Assembly (NCBI GenBank): GCA_005883405.1
Contig: VBGG01000136.1
Coordinates: 1 to 49,742, forward strand
Direction: 5' to 3'
DNA length: 49,742 nucleotides
Source: Chloroflexota bacterium
GTDB taxonomy: Bacteria; Chloroflexota; UBA6077; CF-72
Every line of letters starts with the position of its first letter. Positions within the stretch are counted from its first letter, which is position 1. Below the pieces are notes generated by a model, which ran no database searches, was not told the DNA's origin, and saw nothing but the letters and a program-made list of their open reading frames with translations. Below are positions 33,566 to 43,885 of this stretch, in pieces. A program made the position numbers and the translations under genes.

Positions 33566-34435
33566 TCACATCAGGCTGACGTGCAGTACGCGGTCGTAGC
33601 CACCCGCGTCGCGGCGGATGGTTACCGCGGCGGATGGGTAGAGCTGGCGGGCCAGCGCGGCCATCGGCTCGGCCTGGGCCTGTTCGTCGAGTTCGAGGCA
33701 CAACTCGGCGCCTGGCGCGAGTAACGGGCGCGCTTCCTGGAGCAGGCGCTCGAGCAGCTCGGTGCCGCGCTCGCCGCCGAAGAGCGCCAGCGGGGGCTCG
33801 TACTCGCCGACGTCCGGCGGGAGCTTTCGCTGGGACGGAACGTATGGCAGGTTGGCGAGCACGACGTGCAGTGGCCCGCGCAGGCCTGCGAGCAGGTCGG
33901 TTTGCACCAGGCGCGCTGCAATATGCTGGTGGAAAGCGTTTTCCCTGGCAAGCAGCAGGGCTTGCAGAGACCAATCCGTGGCAAGCACGCCCACGCCGCA
34001 CTCGGCCGCCAGGCTGACGGCGATGGCCCCCGAGCCCGTTCCGACGTCCACCACCACGGGCTCGACCCCGCGCGACCTCCAGCGTGTCACCGCCGTTTTG
34101 CCCAGGTCGACGAGCAGCTCGGTCTCGGGCCGCGGGATGAGCGCGCGCCGGTCGACCTTGAAGCATCGCCCGTAAAACTCGCGCTCCCCGGTGAGGTAGG
34201 CGATCGGCTCGTTGGCGGCGCGCCGCGTCACCAGCTCTTGGAAAGCGCTTTCCGCTTGTGCCAGGACTGGTCGTTCTGGGTGTGCGAGCAGCTCTTCGCG
34301 GCTCCAGCCCGTTACGTGGCACAACAGCACCTGCGCGTCCAGCCGCGGGCTCGGCGATCCGGCCGCCCTCAGCCGCCGCGCCGCCGCTTCGATCACCTCG
34401 CCCGCGGTCGCCGTCAGTTGATAAGCCACCCTCAC
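33566..34435 (-). CDS. prmC: Release-factor glutamine N5-methyltransferase (start inside a repeat half-element)
   Basis: DVGTGSGAIAV SAM motif and an NLPYV (NPPY-type) motif. It lies downstream of prfA. The GTG start at 34435 is within family C copy 5. Confidence 0.85.
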   Translation of the reverse strand: MRVAYQLTATAGEVIEAAARRLRAAGSPSPRLDAQVLLCHVTGWSREELLAHPERPVLAQAESAFQELVTRRAANEPIAYLTGEREFYGRCFKVDRRALIPRPETELLVDLGKTAVTRWRSRGVEPVVVDVGTGSGAIAVSLAAECGVGVLATDWSLQALLLARENAFHQHIAARLVQTDLLAGLRGPLHVVLANLPYVPSQRKLPPDVGEYEPPLALFGGERGTELLERLLQEARPLLAPGAELCLELDEQAQAEPMAALARQLYPSAAVTIRRDAGGYDRVLHVSLM

Positions 34436-34469
34436 CCGCGCTGCGCGCGGCCTCTCCCAGAGGGAGAGG
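34425..34469. repeat. Family C half-element (copy 5): GCCACCCTCACCC, then linker GCGCTGCGCGCGG, then the CCTCTCCCAGAGGGAGAGG hairpin
   Basis: It is identical to the right half of copy 3. The left half is absent. Confidence 0.85.
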
Positions 34470-34486
34470 CGGGCGCGACTGTCTTC

Positions 34487-35558
<1,072 letters not shown>

Positions 35559-35575
<17 letters not shown>

Positions 35576-36896
35576 CGGAGCAGCCCGCTGACAGGACTCG
35601 CACCAGGTCGCCGCTCGGCACGCGGCGTTGCTCGCCGCCACGCAGGTCTTTGAGCTCGACCGATTCGCCCGCGCCGGAATCCTCGTCGACTACGACCGCG
35701 TAGCGCGCACCCGCCCGGTCCGCCGCGCTGAATTGCTTGCGCAGCGCCCTGTCGCCGAAAGCCATGTCCGCGGAGATGCCGTGTGATCGCAGAGACTCGA
35801 CCAGTCGAAAGGCGATCCGTTTACCGCCCTCGTTCCGATAGACGAAGAATGCGCAGGGCGTGCCAACCGGCGGCACCGCGACGTGCTGGTCCTTCAGCTC
35901 CAGGATGATGCGCTCGATGCCCGTGGCGAAGCCGACGCCAGGTGTCGGACGACCGCCGAGCTGCTCAGCCAGGCCGTCGTAGCGTCCGCCACCGCCGATC
36001 GTGCTCTGTGCGCCCACCACCGGCGGCCACACCTCCCAGACCGAGCGCGTGTAGTAGTCGAGCCCGCGCACGAGCCGCGGATTGATCTCAAACGGGATAC
36101 CGGCCCCCTCGACATAACCGAGCCACGCCTCGAAGTGGGCCCGACACTCGACGCACAGGTGGTCGGCGCTGCGCGGCGCACCCTCGAGCACCGCCTGACA
36201 CTCGGGCTTCTTCTCGTCGAGCAACCGCAACGGGTTGGTCTCGAGCCGGCGCTGGCACTCGGGGCAGAGGCCCGAAAGGTGCTCGCGAAAGTATTCGGCG
36301 AGTTTGGCCACATACGCCGGGCGGCAGACACTATCGCCGATGCTGTTGACTTGCAGGCTGAGGTTGCGCAAGGCGAGATCGGCATACAGCCGCCACTGCA
36401 GAGCCACCAGCTCCGCGTCGATTAATGGATCGGACTCACCGATGGCTTCGAAATCGATCTGGTTGAACTCGCGGAAGCGCCCCTTTTGCGGCTTGTCATA
36501 ACGAAACGTGGTCAGAAACATGAACAGCTTCACTGGTTGCGGCCGGCTGGCCATGCCTCGCTGGAGGTAGGCGCGCACGATGCCAGCCGTCGCCTCGGGG
36601 CGCAGCGTCATGCTGTCGCCCCCCTTGTCGGGGAACGTGTACATCTCCTTTTCGACGATGTCTGTGGTCGCGCCGACGCCGCGCTGGAAGACCCCCGTCT
36701 CTTCGAAGGTCGGCGTCCGGATCTCGCCGTAGCCGGCCAGGCGTGCCTGTCGACGCGTCTCGTTCTCGACGAGCGTCCAGTAGGGTGCGTCTTCGGGCAG
36801 GATGTCCTGCGTCCCGCGCGGAGCTTGAAACTGAGGAGAGGCCACGGTCGACGTGACATGATACGTCCAATGTTGCGGCTGGCCGTTCTTGCCCAT
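35559..36896 (-). CDS. hisS: Histidine--tRNA ligase (start is ATG 36896 or GTG 36845)
   Basis: QAPRGTQDILP at the N-terminus, class II motifs (FRYDKPQKGRFREFNQ, GGGRYDGL) and a C-terminal anticodon-binding domain. Confidence 0.9.
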
Positions 36897-37130
36897 CCCG
36901 CCGCGCGCGTCGAGCGCGTTGAGCTTCTCGATGATGGCAGCCTCGGTGTGTGGGTTCGCGCGCGTCCCGTCGAGGGTCAGGCCAACGTCGCCATCGAGCG
37001 GGCGATCGCCCTGGCACTGGGTCTGAGGTCGGCCCAGCCGAGCCGTGCTCGAGGATCGCCTCGGAACGCGGCCGACTACGTGAAGCATGCCTCGGAGAGT
37101 CTCGGTGGCCGGGTTGCGAGACAAGCCTGA
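36858..37130 (+). CDS. Possible DUF167/YggU-family small protein
   Basis: 90 aa. LAVLAHPAARVERVELLDDGSLGVWVRARPVEGQANVAIERAIALALGL resembles the DUF167 core (..P.eGkAN..). The C-terminal part is poorly conserved, and it overlaps or abuts the divergent hisS start. Confidence 0.4.
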   Translation: MIRPMLRLAVLAHPAARVERVELLDDGSLGVWVRARPVEGQANVAIERAIALALGLRSAQPSRARGSPRNAADYVKHASESLGGRVARQA

Positions 37131-37164
37131 TGGCATATGGGTTGCGAGGCGACTGACTCCCGCC

Positions 37165-37776
37165 ATGGCTATCGCTGACCGTGACACCGTTGCTGCCGGA
37201 CCGCGCACCCGGGTACGACCGTTCACGCGCGCGGACGTGGATGCCTGGCAGGCCTGGCCCGATTATTCCGAGAAGCTCCTGGTCGGCACGAGCCCAAGGC
37301 GGATGTCGCCGGAGCAGCGCTCGCGCTGGCTCGAGGACATCATCCAGCGCCAGCGGCAGATCCCCTTCGCGGTCGAGGACGAATCGGGTGACATGATCGG
37401 CCGCATTTTCTTGCGGCACGTGCGTCGCGAAGAGCGCTCAGCCGTGCTGGGCATCGACCTGCATCCGGACTACCTCGGCCAGGGCTACGGTAGCGAGTCG
37501 CTGGGCGCCTTTCTGTACCACTACTTCGACGACATGGCGTTCGAGCGCATGCTGCTCAGCGTCGCCGCCCACAACATACGCGCCCGACGGTGCTATGAGT
37601 CACTTGGCTTCGCCACCGTCGGCTCGCACTGGGACGCGCACATCGGCCCGGATGTCAGTGCCGAGGCCAGCTATGCGCCGGTGCGCCACCTGTTTCGACG
37701 CGGGCCGCTCGGGCTCGAGAGCCTCTTCTACGACATGCGCCTCGAAGGCGCCGGGTGGCGAACGCGCGCCAGCTAG
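37165..37776 (+). CDS. GNAT-family N-acetyltransferase (RimJ/RimL-like)
   Basis: RVRPFTRADVDAW, GRIFLRH...LGIDLHPDYLGQGYGSE, and AHNIRARRCYESLGF. Confidence 0.8.
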   Translation: MAIADRDTVAAGPRTRVRPFTRADVDAWQAWPDYSEKLLVGTSPRRMSPEQRSRWLEDIIQRQRQIPFAVEDESGDMIGRIFLRHVRREERSAVLGIDLHPDYLGQGYGSESLGAFLYHYFDDMAFERMLLSVAAHNIRARRCYESLGFATVGSHWDAHIGPDVSAEASYAPVRHLFRRGPLGLESLFYDMRLEGAGWRTRAS

Positions 37777-37894
37777 AAGCTCGGCCGACAAGCCGGCTTT
37801 CGGCGCAAGTCGCCGTCGGCCGAACTTCGATCAGCAGATTGGACGAGAGGGGCGATCAATGCCAGAAGACTTTTTCGGCTGCCCCTCTAGTGCA

Positions 37895-38146
37895 TCAGAG
37901 CAGGTGCGGGAGCGATTGCTGCAGGAAGCTGATCACCAGAAACGCGGCCAGCGGCGACAGGTCGAACATGCCGATGCGCGGGATGACCCGGCGGAATGGC
38001 GCCAGGATGGGCTCGGTGACGTCCCACACGATGCGGATGATCGGGTTGGACGGGTCCACCGGGAACCACGACAGGATGACACGCACCAGAATCGCCAACC
38101 ACAGGATCTGGAGCAGCAGACCGAGAAACGTAAGGAGGAAAGCCAT
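37895..38146 (-). CDS. yggT: YggT-family membrane protein (YlmG)
   Basis: 83 aa. LVRVILSWFP....NPI......TEPILAPFRR.IP..G.FDLSP is the family signature. Confidence 0.88.
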   Translation of the reverse strand: MAFLLTFLGLLLQILWLAILVRVILSWFPVDPSNPIIRIVWDVTEPILAPFRRVIPRIGMFDLSPLAAFLVISFLQQSLPHLL

Positions 38147-38155
38147 TTTGTGTGT

Positions 38156-38848
38156 TTAGAACCTCGGCTTCCGTGGGCCGAACAGAGCGGTACCGATGCG
38201 AACCTCAGTCGAGCCCTCGTCGATGGCCAACTGGTAGTCGTCGCTCATGCCCATGGATAGCACGCCGAAGTTTACACGCGGGAACGATTCAGAGAGGGTA
38301 ACTTTCAGGTCGCGGACGCGGATGAACGCGGCGCGCGCGTCCGCGTCGAGCGGCGCCACAGTCATCAGACCCTCGACCCGCAGACGCGGCACCTCGAGCA
38401 CGCGGCCGACGGTTTCGACAAGCTGATCGGGACGCACGCCAGGCCGGCTCGGATCGTTTCCGACGTAGACCTCGATCAGCACTGGTAGCTCCCGCGGACC
38501 GTCGAGACGCCGACTGAGCGCCTGCGCCAGCTTCAAGCTGTCGACAGAGTCGACACGATCGAACAGCCCGACTGCACTACCGGCTTTGTTGGTCTGCAGG
38601 TGGCCGATCATGTGGAACACCGGCGCGGCATCGCCACTTAGCAGTTGCCGAACTGTGGGAAACTTCTCGGCTGCCTCCTGAACGCGGTTTTCGCCGACGT
38701 GACGCAGGCCAGCGCCAATCGCCGCGACGATCGCCTCAGGCGCGTGCGTCTTCGAGACACCGACGAGCGTGATCTCCTCAGGCCGCCGCCCGACGTGGAG
38801 CGCGGCTTCGGCGAGATTCTCGGCGATGCTGCGCTCGGTGCCGATCAT
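38156..38848 (-). CDS. yggS: YggS-family pyridoxal-phosphate homeostasis protein (YlmE)
   Basis: 230 aa. LVGVSKTHAPE (PLP Lys), HVGENRVQE, and LSMGMSDDYQLAIDEGSTEVRIGTALFG. Confidence 0.9.
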   Translation of the reverse strand: MIGTERSIAENLAEAALHVGRRPEEITLVGVSKTHAPEAIVAAIGAGLRHVGENRVQEAAEKFPTVRQLLSGDAAPVFHMIGHLQTNKAGSAVGLFDRVDSVDSLKLAQALSRRLDGPRELPVLIEVYVGNDPSRPGVRPDQLVETVGRVLEVPRLRVEGLMTVAPLDADARAAFIRVRDLKVTLSESFPRVNFGVLSMGMSDDYQLAIDEGSTEVRIGTALFGPRKPRF

Positions 38849-39585
38849 GCGATCCTGATGAGACCGGCGAAGCGGCCGGCTGGCTGTCCACCGTTGGCGC
38901 GATGCGAGAAGAAGCGGTCCGACTCGCACTGGGTGCAGATGCCCGCCACTTCGATGTGCTCGGCGCGCACGCCAGCCTCGCGCAGCGCCTGACGATTGGC
39001 CTCCCACAGATCGAGCTTTCCCGCGGCGATCAGCTCGGGCCGATCGGCGAACACCTCGACCACCTCGGGCCCTACCGTATAGCAACACGGGCCGATGGCC
39101 GGCCCGATCCCTGCCACGAGATCAGCGGCGTCGGATCCGAACGCGTCGCTCAGGGCTGCCACCGCGGCGCCAGCAGCGCGGAGGGCGCTGCCGCGCCAAC
39201 CCGCGTGTACCACGCCGACAACGCGGCGCCGGGGATCGGCAAGGAGCACTGGCGTACAGTCGGCAAAGCGCAGCATCAACGTCTTTTCGGGCGACCTGGT
39301 GATCAGAACATCGCAACGTGGGCGGGGCTCGGTATCGGCTTCAACCGCGGTCACGGCGCGCCCGTGGACCTGATAGGCGGCAAACAGATCCACTTTGCGT
39401 ACCCCAATGGCTTCCGAAACCCGACGGAGATTCTCGTCGACGTTCTCGGTCGGGTCGCCGACCGAGTAGCTGACGTTGAGCGACTCGCAGCGTTCAGCAC
39501 TCACCCCACCCGAGCGCGTGGTGATGGCGTGGACGATGCCTGGCACCCGCGACAGGTTTTCGAACGTCAAGAGCTCCAGGCTCAC
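38845..39585 (-). CDS. pgeF: Peptidoglycan editing factor / laccase-domain protein (YfiH, YlmD, DUF152)
   Basis: 246 aa from a GTG overlapping the upstream stop. Motifs: HAITTRSGGVS, FADCTPVLL, HAGWRG, CTQC...FFSHR. Confidence 0.88.
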   Translation of the reverse strand: MSLELLTFENLSRVPGIVHAITTRSGGVSAERCESLNVSYSVGDPTENVDENLRRVSEAIGVRKVDLFAAYQVHGRAVTAVEADTEPRPRCDVLITRSPEKTLMLRFADCTPVLLADPRRRVVGVVHAGWRGSALRAAGAAVAALSDAFGSDAADLVAGIGPAIGPCCYTVGPEVVEVFADRPELIAAGKLDLWEANRQALREAGVRAEHIEVAGICTQCESDRFFSHRANGGQPAGRFAGLIRIA

Positions 39586-41381
39586 GCCGCGGAACCGGCG
39601 AGCCGCGCAGCCTCGACCACCGCGGCCGCCTTCGGGGGCAGGTCGAGCATGGGAATCTCCTGGCCGCCGAGCCCGCGCGCACGGCCGAACTCCTGCTTCA
39701 GGTACCACTCCGGCACTCCGGTCGAAACAAGCGACCACGGCATGATGCCGTTGGGATCCATCGAGCCAAGATAGAAGTCGGGGTCGAGCCCGTGTTTGCG
39801 CAGGTTCAGCTCGAACTGCTGCAAACGCTGGGTGTCGAGCAGAACCGGCGCCAGCCGCCGATCGCCGCGGGCGAGGATGGCTTGAACGCGCTGCGCGGCG
39901 GGCGCTTCGAACCGCACGTCGATGCCCAACGGTCCGAGCGCGCGCTGCACGAGCTTGATGCGCTGGGTGCTCGTCTCGACGTTTTCCATAGCCTCCCACT
40001 GGAAGGCTGTTTGGGCTTTGGGTACGTGCGGCGACAGGTTGACCGCGACGCGCGCGCCGCGGTGGTGCTCTCGCGCGCGCTCGAGAATCTCCGCGGACAG
40101 CGCCGCCAGCTCGCGCACATCGTCGTCCGTCTCGCCAGGCAGGCCGACGATAAAGTACAGCTTGATCCGCGGTATGCCGCCGCGGCCCGCCAACTCAGCT
40201 GCGTGCACGATCTGCTCATGGGTGAGCCGCTTGTTGATCACGTCACGCATGCGCTGGCTGCCCGCCTCGGGGGCCAGGGTGATGGTTCGGGTGCCGCTGC
40301 GCACGAGCGCTTCGACCAGAAATGGGCTGATGCGGTCGATCCGCAGCGAAGACAGCGACACGTCCGCGCCAACCTCGAGCATGCGCGCCAGCAGCTGTTC
40401 GAGCTGCGGATGATCGGAGGTGGCCGCGGAGATCAAACCGATGCGCTTTCGGAGCCGGCGGCCTTGCTCTACCGCCTCGATCAGATGGTCGACGTGGCGG
40501 TGGCGCACCGGCAGCGAGGTGTAACCCGCCAGGCAGAACCGACAGCCCCGCGCGCAGCCGCGCGTCATCTCGACCAGGAACATGTCGCCAAGCTCGATGT
40601 CCGGGCTCAGCACCGCCGACATCGTGTGGAAGTCGTTCACGTTTCTGGCGTTCAGGCGCGCGACGGGCAGCGCTACCTCGGGATCGGCCGGAGTGACCCG
40701 CTCGATGGTCCCGTCTGGCGCGTAGCCGATGGCGTAATTGGCCGGGATGTACACGCCGGGCAAGCGCGCGAGTCTGGCCAGCTGATCGGCTCGGCTACCA
40801 CCGCCGAGGAACACCTCTTGCAGGCCTGCCACGATCGGCTCGACCTCGCCGACCACAACGGCATCGAGCATCGGGGCGACCGGCTCCGGGTTGCCGGAAA
40901 CGGCCGGACCACCAGCGATGATGATCGGATCAGTCTCCACGCGATCGGCCGCCAGCGGGGCGATGCCTGCTCGACGTAAGACGTCGCCGATATTGAAGTA
41001 GTCCAGCTCGAACGAAAGGCTGAACGCCACGACCGAGAAGTCGCCCAGCGGACGCTGCGACTCTACAGACAGTGGCTCGCCGAGTGCCTCCAGGCGGCCT
41101 TCGATACGATAGCTGTCGTCGCCAGTCCAGTCGCCCCGTCCCGCCGAGCGACTGCCGATGAGCACGGGCTCGGCGAAGACACGTTCGCACACAAACTGTC
41201 GGGCCGAGTTGAACAGGCTGTAGACGCTCTGGAAGCCGAGATTGCACATGCCGATCGCGTACGAGTTCGGATAGCACAGCGCGATCGGCAGGCGCCCACC
41301 CCAGTCCTTGCGGATGGTGCCCTGCTCGCGGGCCAGGCGCTTGCGCTGGATCTCGATGTCTTGCCGCCGAATTCGCCCCAT
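39582..41381 (-). CDS. Radical SAM protein with an N-terminal B12-binding-like domain (uncharacterised family)
   Basis: 599 aa. CxxxCxxC in VEMTRGCARGCRFCLAGY. An N-terminal Rossmann-like region precedes it. Confidence 0.8.
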   Translation of the reverse strand: MGRIRRQDIEIQRKRLAREQGTIRKDWGGRLPIALCYPNSYAIGMCNLGFQSVYSLFNSARQFVCERVFAEPVLIGSRSAGRGDWTGDDSYRIEGRLEALGEPLSVESQRPLGDFSVVAFSLSFELDYFNIGDVLRRAGIAPLAADRVETDPIIIAGGPAVSGNPEPVAPMLDAVVVGEVEPIVAGLQEVFLGGGSRADQLARLARLPGVYIPANYAIGYAPDGTIERVTPADPEVALPVARLNARNVNDFHTMSAVLSPDIELGDMFLVEMTRGCARGCRFCLAGYTSLPVRHRHVDHLIEAVEQGRRLRKRIGLISAATSDHPQLEQLLARMLEVGADVSLSSLRIDRISPFLVEALVRSGTRTITLAPEAGSQRMRDVINKRLTHEQIVHAAELAGRGGIPRIKLYFIVGLPGETDDDVRELAALSAEILERAREHHRGARVAVNLSPHVPKAQTAFQWEAMENVETSTQRIKLVQRALGPLGIDVRFEAPAAQRVQAILARGDRRLAPVLLDTQRLQQFELNLRKHGLDPDFYLGSMDPNGIMPWSLVSTGVPEWYLKQEFGRARGLGGQEIPMLDLPPKAAAVVEAARLAGSAA

Positions 41382-41408
41382 ACGTGCCGGCCGAAGTCTA
41401 ACGAATTT

Positions 41409-41446
41409 GAGTCGGAGCTCCAGGCGGCTTCCCGGAGCTCCGACTC
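41409..41446 (-). terminator. Perfect 13-bp stem-loop after the secreted-protein gene, possibly a terminator
   Basis: GAGTCGGAGCTCC, a 12-nt loop, then GGAGCTCCGACTC, 11 nt downstream of the stop at 41457. No clear U-tract. Confidence 0.35.
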
Positions 41447-41456
41447 GTGAACGCGT

Positions 41457-42425
41457 TTAGTGGCCGCTGTGGAACTGGTCGGCGCTGAAGAAGAGGAAGA
41501 AGTTGGTCTGGATGTCGCCGCCGAAGATCTTGCCCGCGGCCTGGGCGCTGCGCATAGCCTGAACCGACGTCAGGCAGCCGCTGTGCGCCGGGCAGTCACC
41601 GTTGGCGTCTGGCCAGACGCTCGGGTCGACCACCAGCTCGACGATGACCTTCCACCACACCAGGTCGTACGAGTTGTTTTCGATGATGTGGCTATGGTTG
41701 GGCGTGGGCAACCGTACCGGCCCCGTGAGGCCGAGCACTGAGCCAACTACCCGTGAGAGATCGACGGTGTTGGTGTGTGTAGTGCAGGTGCCGAACGTCC
41801 CCGTGAACGCTGTCAGCGGTGGTCCTGGTTCGGGGCACTGGACGGGCGCGACCTTCGTCGGCTGGCCTGGTGTGGGCACCTTGAACGCGTCAGGCACGAT
41901 GCCCGTGCCATCAGCACGCTTGAGACCCAGCTTGGCCGTCAGACTCTGCAGCGTCGGTCCCAGACTGTCGCACGGGATCGTCAGATAGCGCAGCGTGACG
42001 AGGGCGGCGATGTTGCCGAAGCCCGGTTGGCAGTCAGGGTTGGTCGCGGCAGGGACGGTCGCGTTGGTCTCGAAGAATGGGACGATGACGAAAAGCGGTG
42101 CCGTATCCGCGCTAGCGTCACCCGCGGGATCCAGTCTCGACGTGCCGCCGGCCACGCATTTGGGCCCGTTCGCCTCGATGGGATCTTGCTGGGACTTGAT
42201 GCCATTCTGGTCCAGATCATCGGCGGGACCGTCGACGCAGTCGAAGCTCTGTTGATAGGTGAAGACGATCACCTGGCCTTCGCCATAGGCGTCGGTCTGG
42301 TTGGCGGCGATCTGGACGTTGGGTCGGCCGACGGCCGCGCCGGCGCCAACTACCACGAGCATCGAAAGACCGAATGCCGCGGTCAACGCGACCTGCGCGC
42401 GCAAACGGTGAACACGGTGAACCAT
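41457..42425 (-). CDS. Secreted hypothetical protein with a signal peptide and eight cysteines in the mature part
   Basis: 322 aa from ATG 42425. The N-terminus MVHRVHRLRAQVALTAAFGLSMLVVVGAGAAVG is signal-like. I recognise no family motif. Confidence 0.6.
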   Translation of the reverse strand: MVHRVHRLRAQVALTAAFGLSMLVVVGAGAAVGRPNVQIAANQTDAYGEGQVIVFTYQQSFDCVDGPADDLDQNGIKSQQDPIEANGPKCVAGGTSRLDPAGDASADTAPLFVIVPFFETNATVPAATNPDCQPGFGNIAALVTLRYLTIPCDSLGPTLQSLTAKLGLKRADGTGIVPDAFKVPTPGQPTKVAPVQCPEPGPPLTAFTGTFGTCTTHTNTVDLSRVVGSVLGLTGPVRLPTPNHSHIIENNSYDLVWWKVIVELVVDPSVWPDANGDCPAHSGCLTSVQAMRSAQAAGKIFGGDIQTNFFLFFSADQFHSGH

Positions 42426-42523
42426 GCTCTGAAGTTCCCCTCTCTCTGTGCGTGAGCTCGCCCGCTTCGGGGCGCACCTCAACTACGTCACTGCCGAGGG
42501 GTTGGATCACCGAGTTATCTTCG

Positions 42524-42632
42524 CCTCTCCCTTTGGGAGAGGCCGCGCGCAGCGCGGGTGAGGGGTGCGCACGACTTCAAACGTTTGCGGCTACACGCAC
42601 CCCTCACCCGGCCCTCTCCCAGAGGGAGAGGG
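42524..42632. repeat. Compound palindromic intergenic element, family C copy 6
   Basis: Same modules as copy 1 (left linker CCGCGCGCAGCGCG). It lies immediately after the ftsZ stop. Confidence 0.9.
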
Positions 42633-42640
42633 AGGATTAG

Positions 42641-43870
42641 CTAGCGACGTCTGCCACCGCGCAGGAAGGGTGGGATGTCCAGATCGTCGTCGGAGTCCGG
42701 GAAGACCGGCTCGGGCAGGCTGGCACCAATGGTGCCGACACGGATCGGACCCTGTTCGCGCTCGGGCGGGCGGTCGCGGTCGCGCTCTTCGACGGGCAGC
42801 CCTCGATCGCGGCCGGTGGCCGGCGACTCTGGTGGAGGGGCGCTCTTCTCGGGTGGATTGAAAGCCGGCCGCGACAGTCGACCACGGTGACCAGGCGACC
42901 GTTGTCGCTCGCCGACCTCGAAGCCGGTCGCGATCACGGTGATCCTGACTTCGTTCTCGATCCTCGGATCGATCACGGCGCCGAAGATGATGCTGGCCTC
43001 GGGATCTGCGGCCTGCGCCACAACATCTGCCGCGTCACTGATCTCGCTCAGGGCCAGGTCATTGCCGCCGGTGATGTTCAGCAAAACGCCTTTCGCGCCA
43101 TCCATGCTGATGTCGAGCAGCGGACTCGAGATCGCCAACCGCGCCGCGTCCTGGGCGCGTGTCTCGCCCGTGCCGCGACCGATGGCCATCAACGCACCGC
43201 CCGAGTCCGACATGATCGCCTTGACGTCGGCGAAATCGAGATTGATGAGGCCGGGCTCGGTGATGAGCTCGCTAATCCCCTGGATGCCCTGGCGCAAGAC
43301 GTCGTCGACTTCCATGAACGCTTGCTCGAGCGTCGTCTTGCGGTCGATCACATCGAGCAACCGATCGTTGGGAATGGTGATCAGCGTATCGACGCGCTCG
43401 CGCAGCTGCACGATGCCCTCGTCGGCGTTCTTGGCCCGCTGGCGGCCTTCGAAGCTGAACGGCTTGGTCACCACGCCCACCGTCAGCGCGCCCTGCTCCT
43501 TCGAGATCTGCGCGATCACCGGCGCTGCACCGGTGCCCGTGCCGCCGCCCATGCCCGCGGCGATGAACACCATGTCGGCATTGCGCACCATCTGAGCGAT
43601 CTCTTCGGCGCTCTCTTCGGCAGCCTTTTCACCCGTATTGGGGTTGCCACCCGCGCCCAGGCCGCGCGTCAATTTCTCCCCGATGTGCAGGCGAGTAGGT
43701 GCTTCACACCGCGCCAATGCTTGGGTGTCGGTATTGATCGCGATGAACTCGACACCTCGTACACCCGACTGAATCATTCGATTGACGGCGTTGCTGCCGC
43801 CGCCGCCGACGCCGAGAACGACGATTCGCGCGGCACCTTCCAGGCTGGCATATCCGTTCATTGTCAACAC
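42641..43870 (-). CDS. ftsZ: Cell division protein FtsZ
   Basis: [13 protein letters not shown] and the tubulin signature [12 protein letters not shown]-terminal [10 protein letters not shown] peptide. Confidence 0.97.
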   Translation of the reverse strand: MLTMNGYASLEGAARIVVLGVGGGGSNAVNRMIQSGVRGVEFIAINTDTQALARCEAPTRLHIGEKLTRGLGAGGNPNTGEKAAEESAEEIAQMVRNADMVFIAAGMGGGTGTGAAPVIAQISKEQGALTVGVVTKPFSFEGRQRAKNADEGIVQLRERVDTLITIPNDRLLDVIDRKTTLEQAFMEVDDVLRQGIQGISELITEPGLINLDFADVKAIMSDSGGALMAIGRGTGETRAQDAARLAISSPLLDISMDGAKGVLLNITGGNDLALSEISDAADVVAQAADPEASIIFGAVIDPRIENEVRITVIATGFEVGERQRSPGHRGRLSRPAFNPPEKSAPPPESPATGRDRGLPVEERDRDRPPEREQGPIRVGTIGASLPEPVFPDSDDDLDIPPFLRGGRRR

Positions 43871-43885
43871 CGTTCCCCCCGCATT

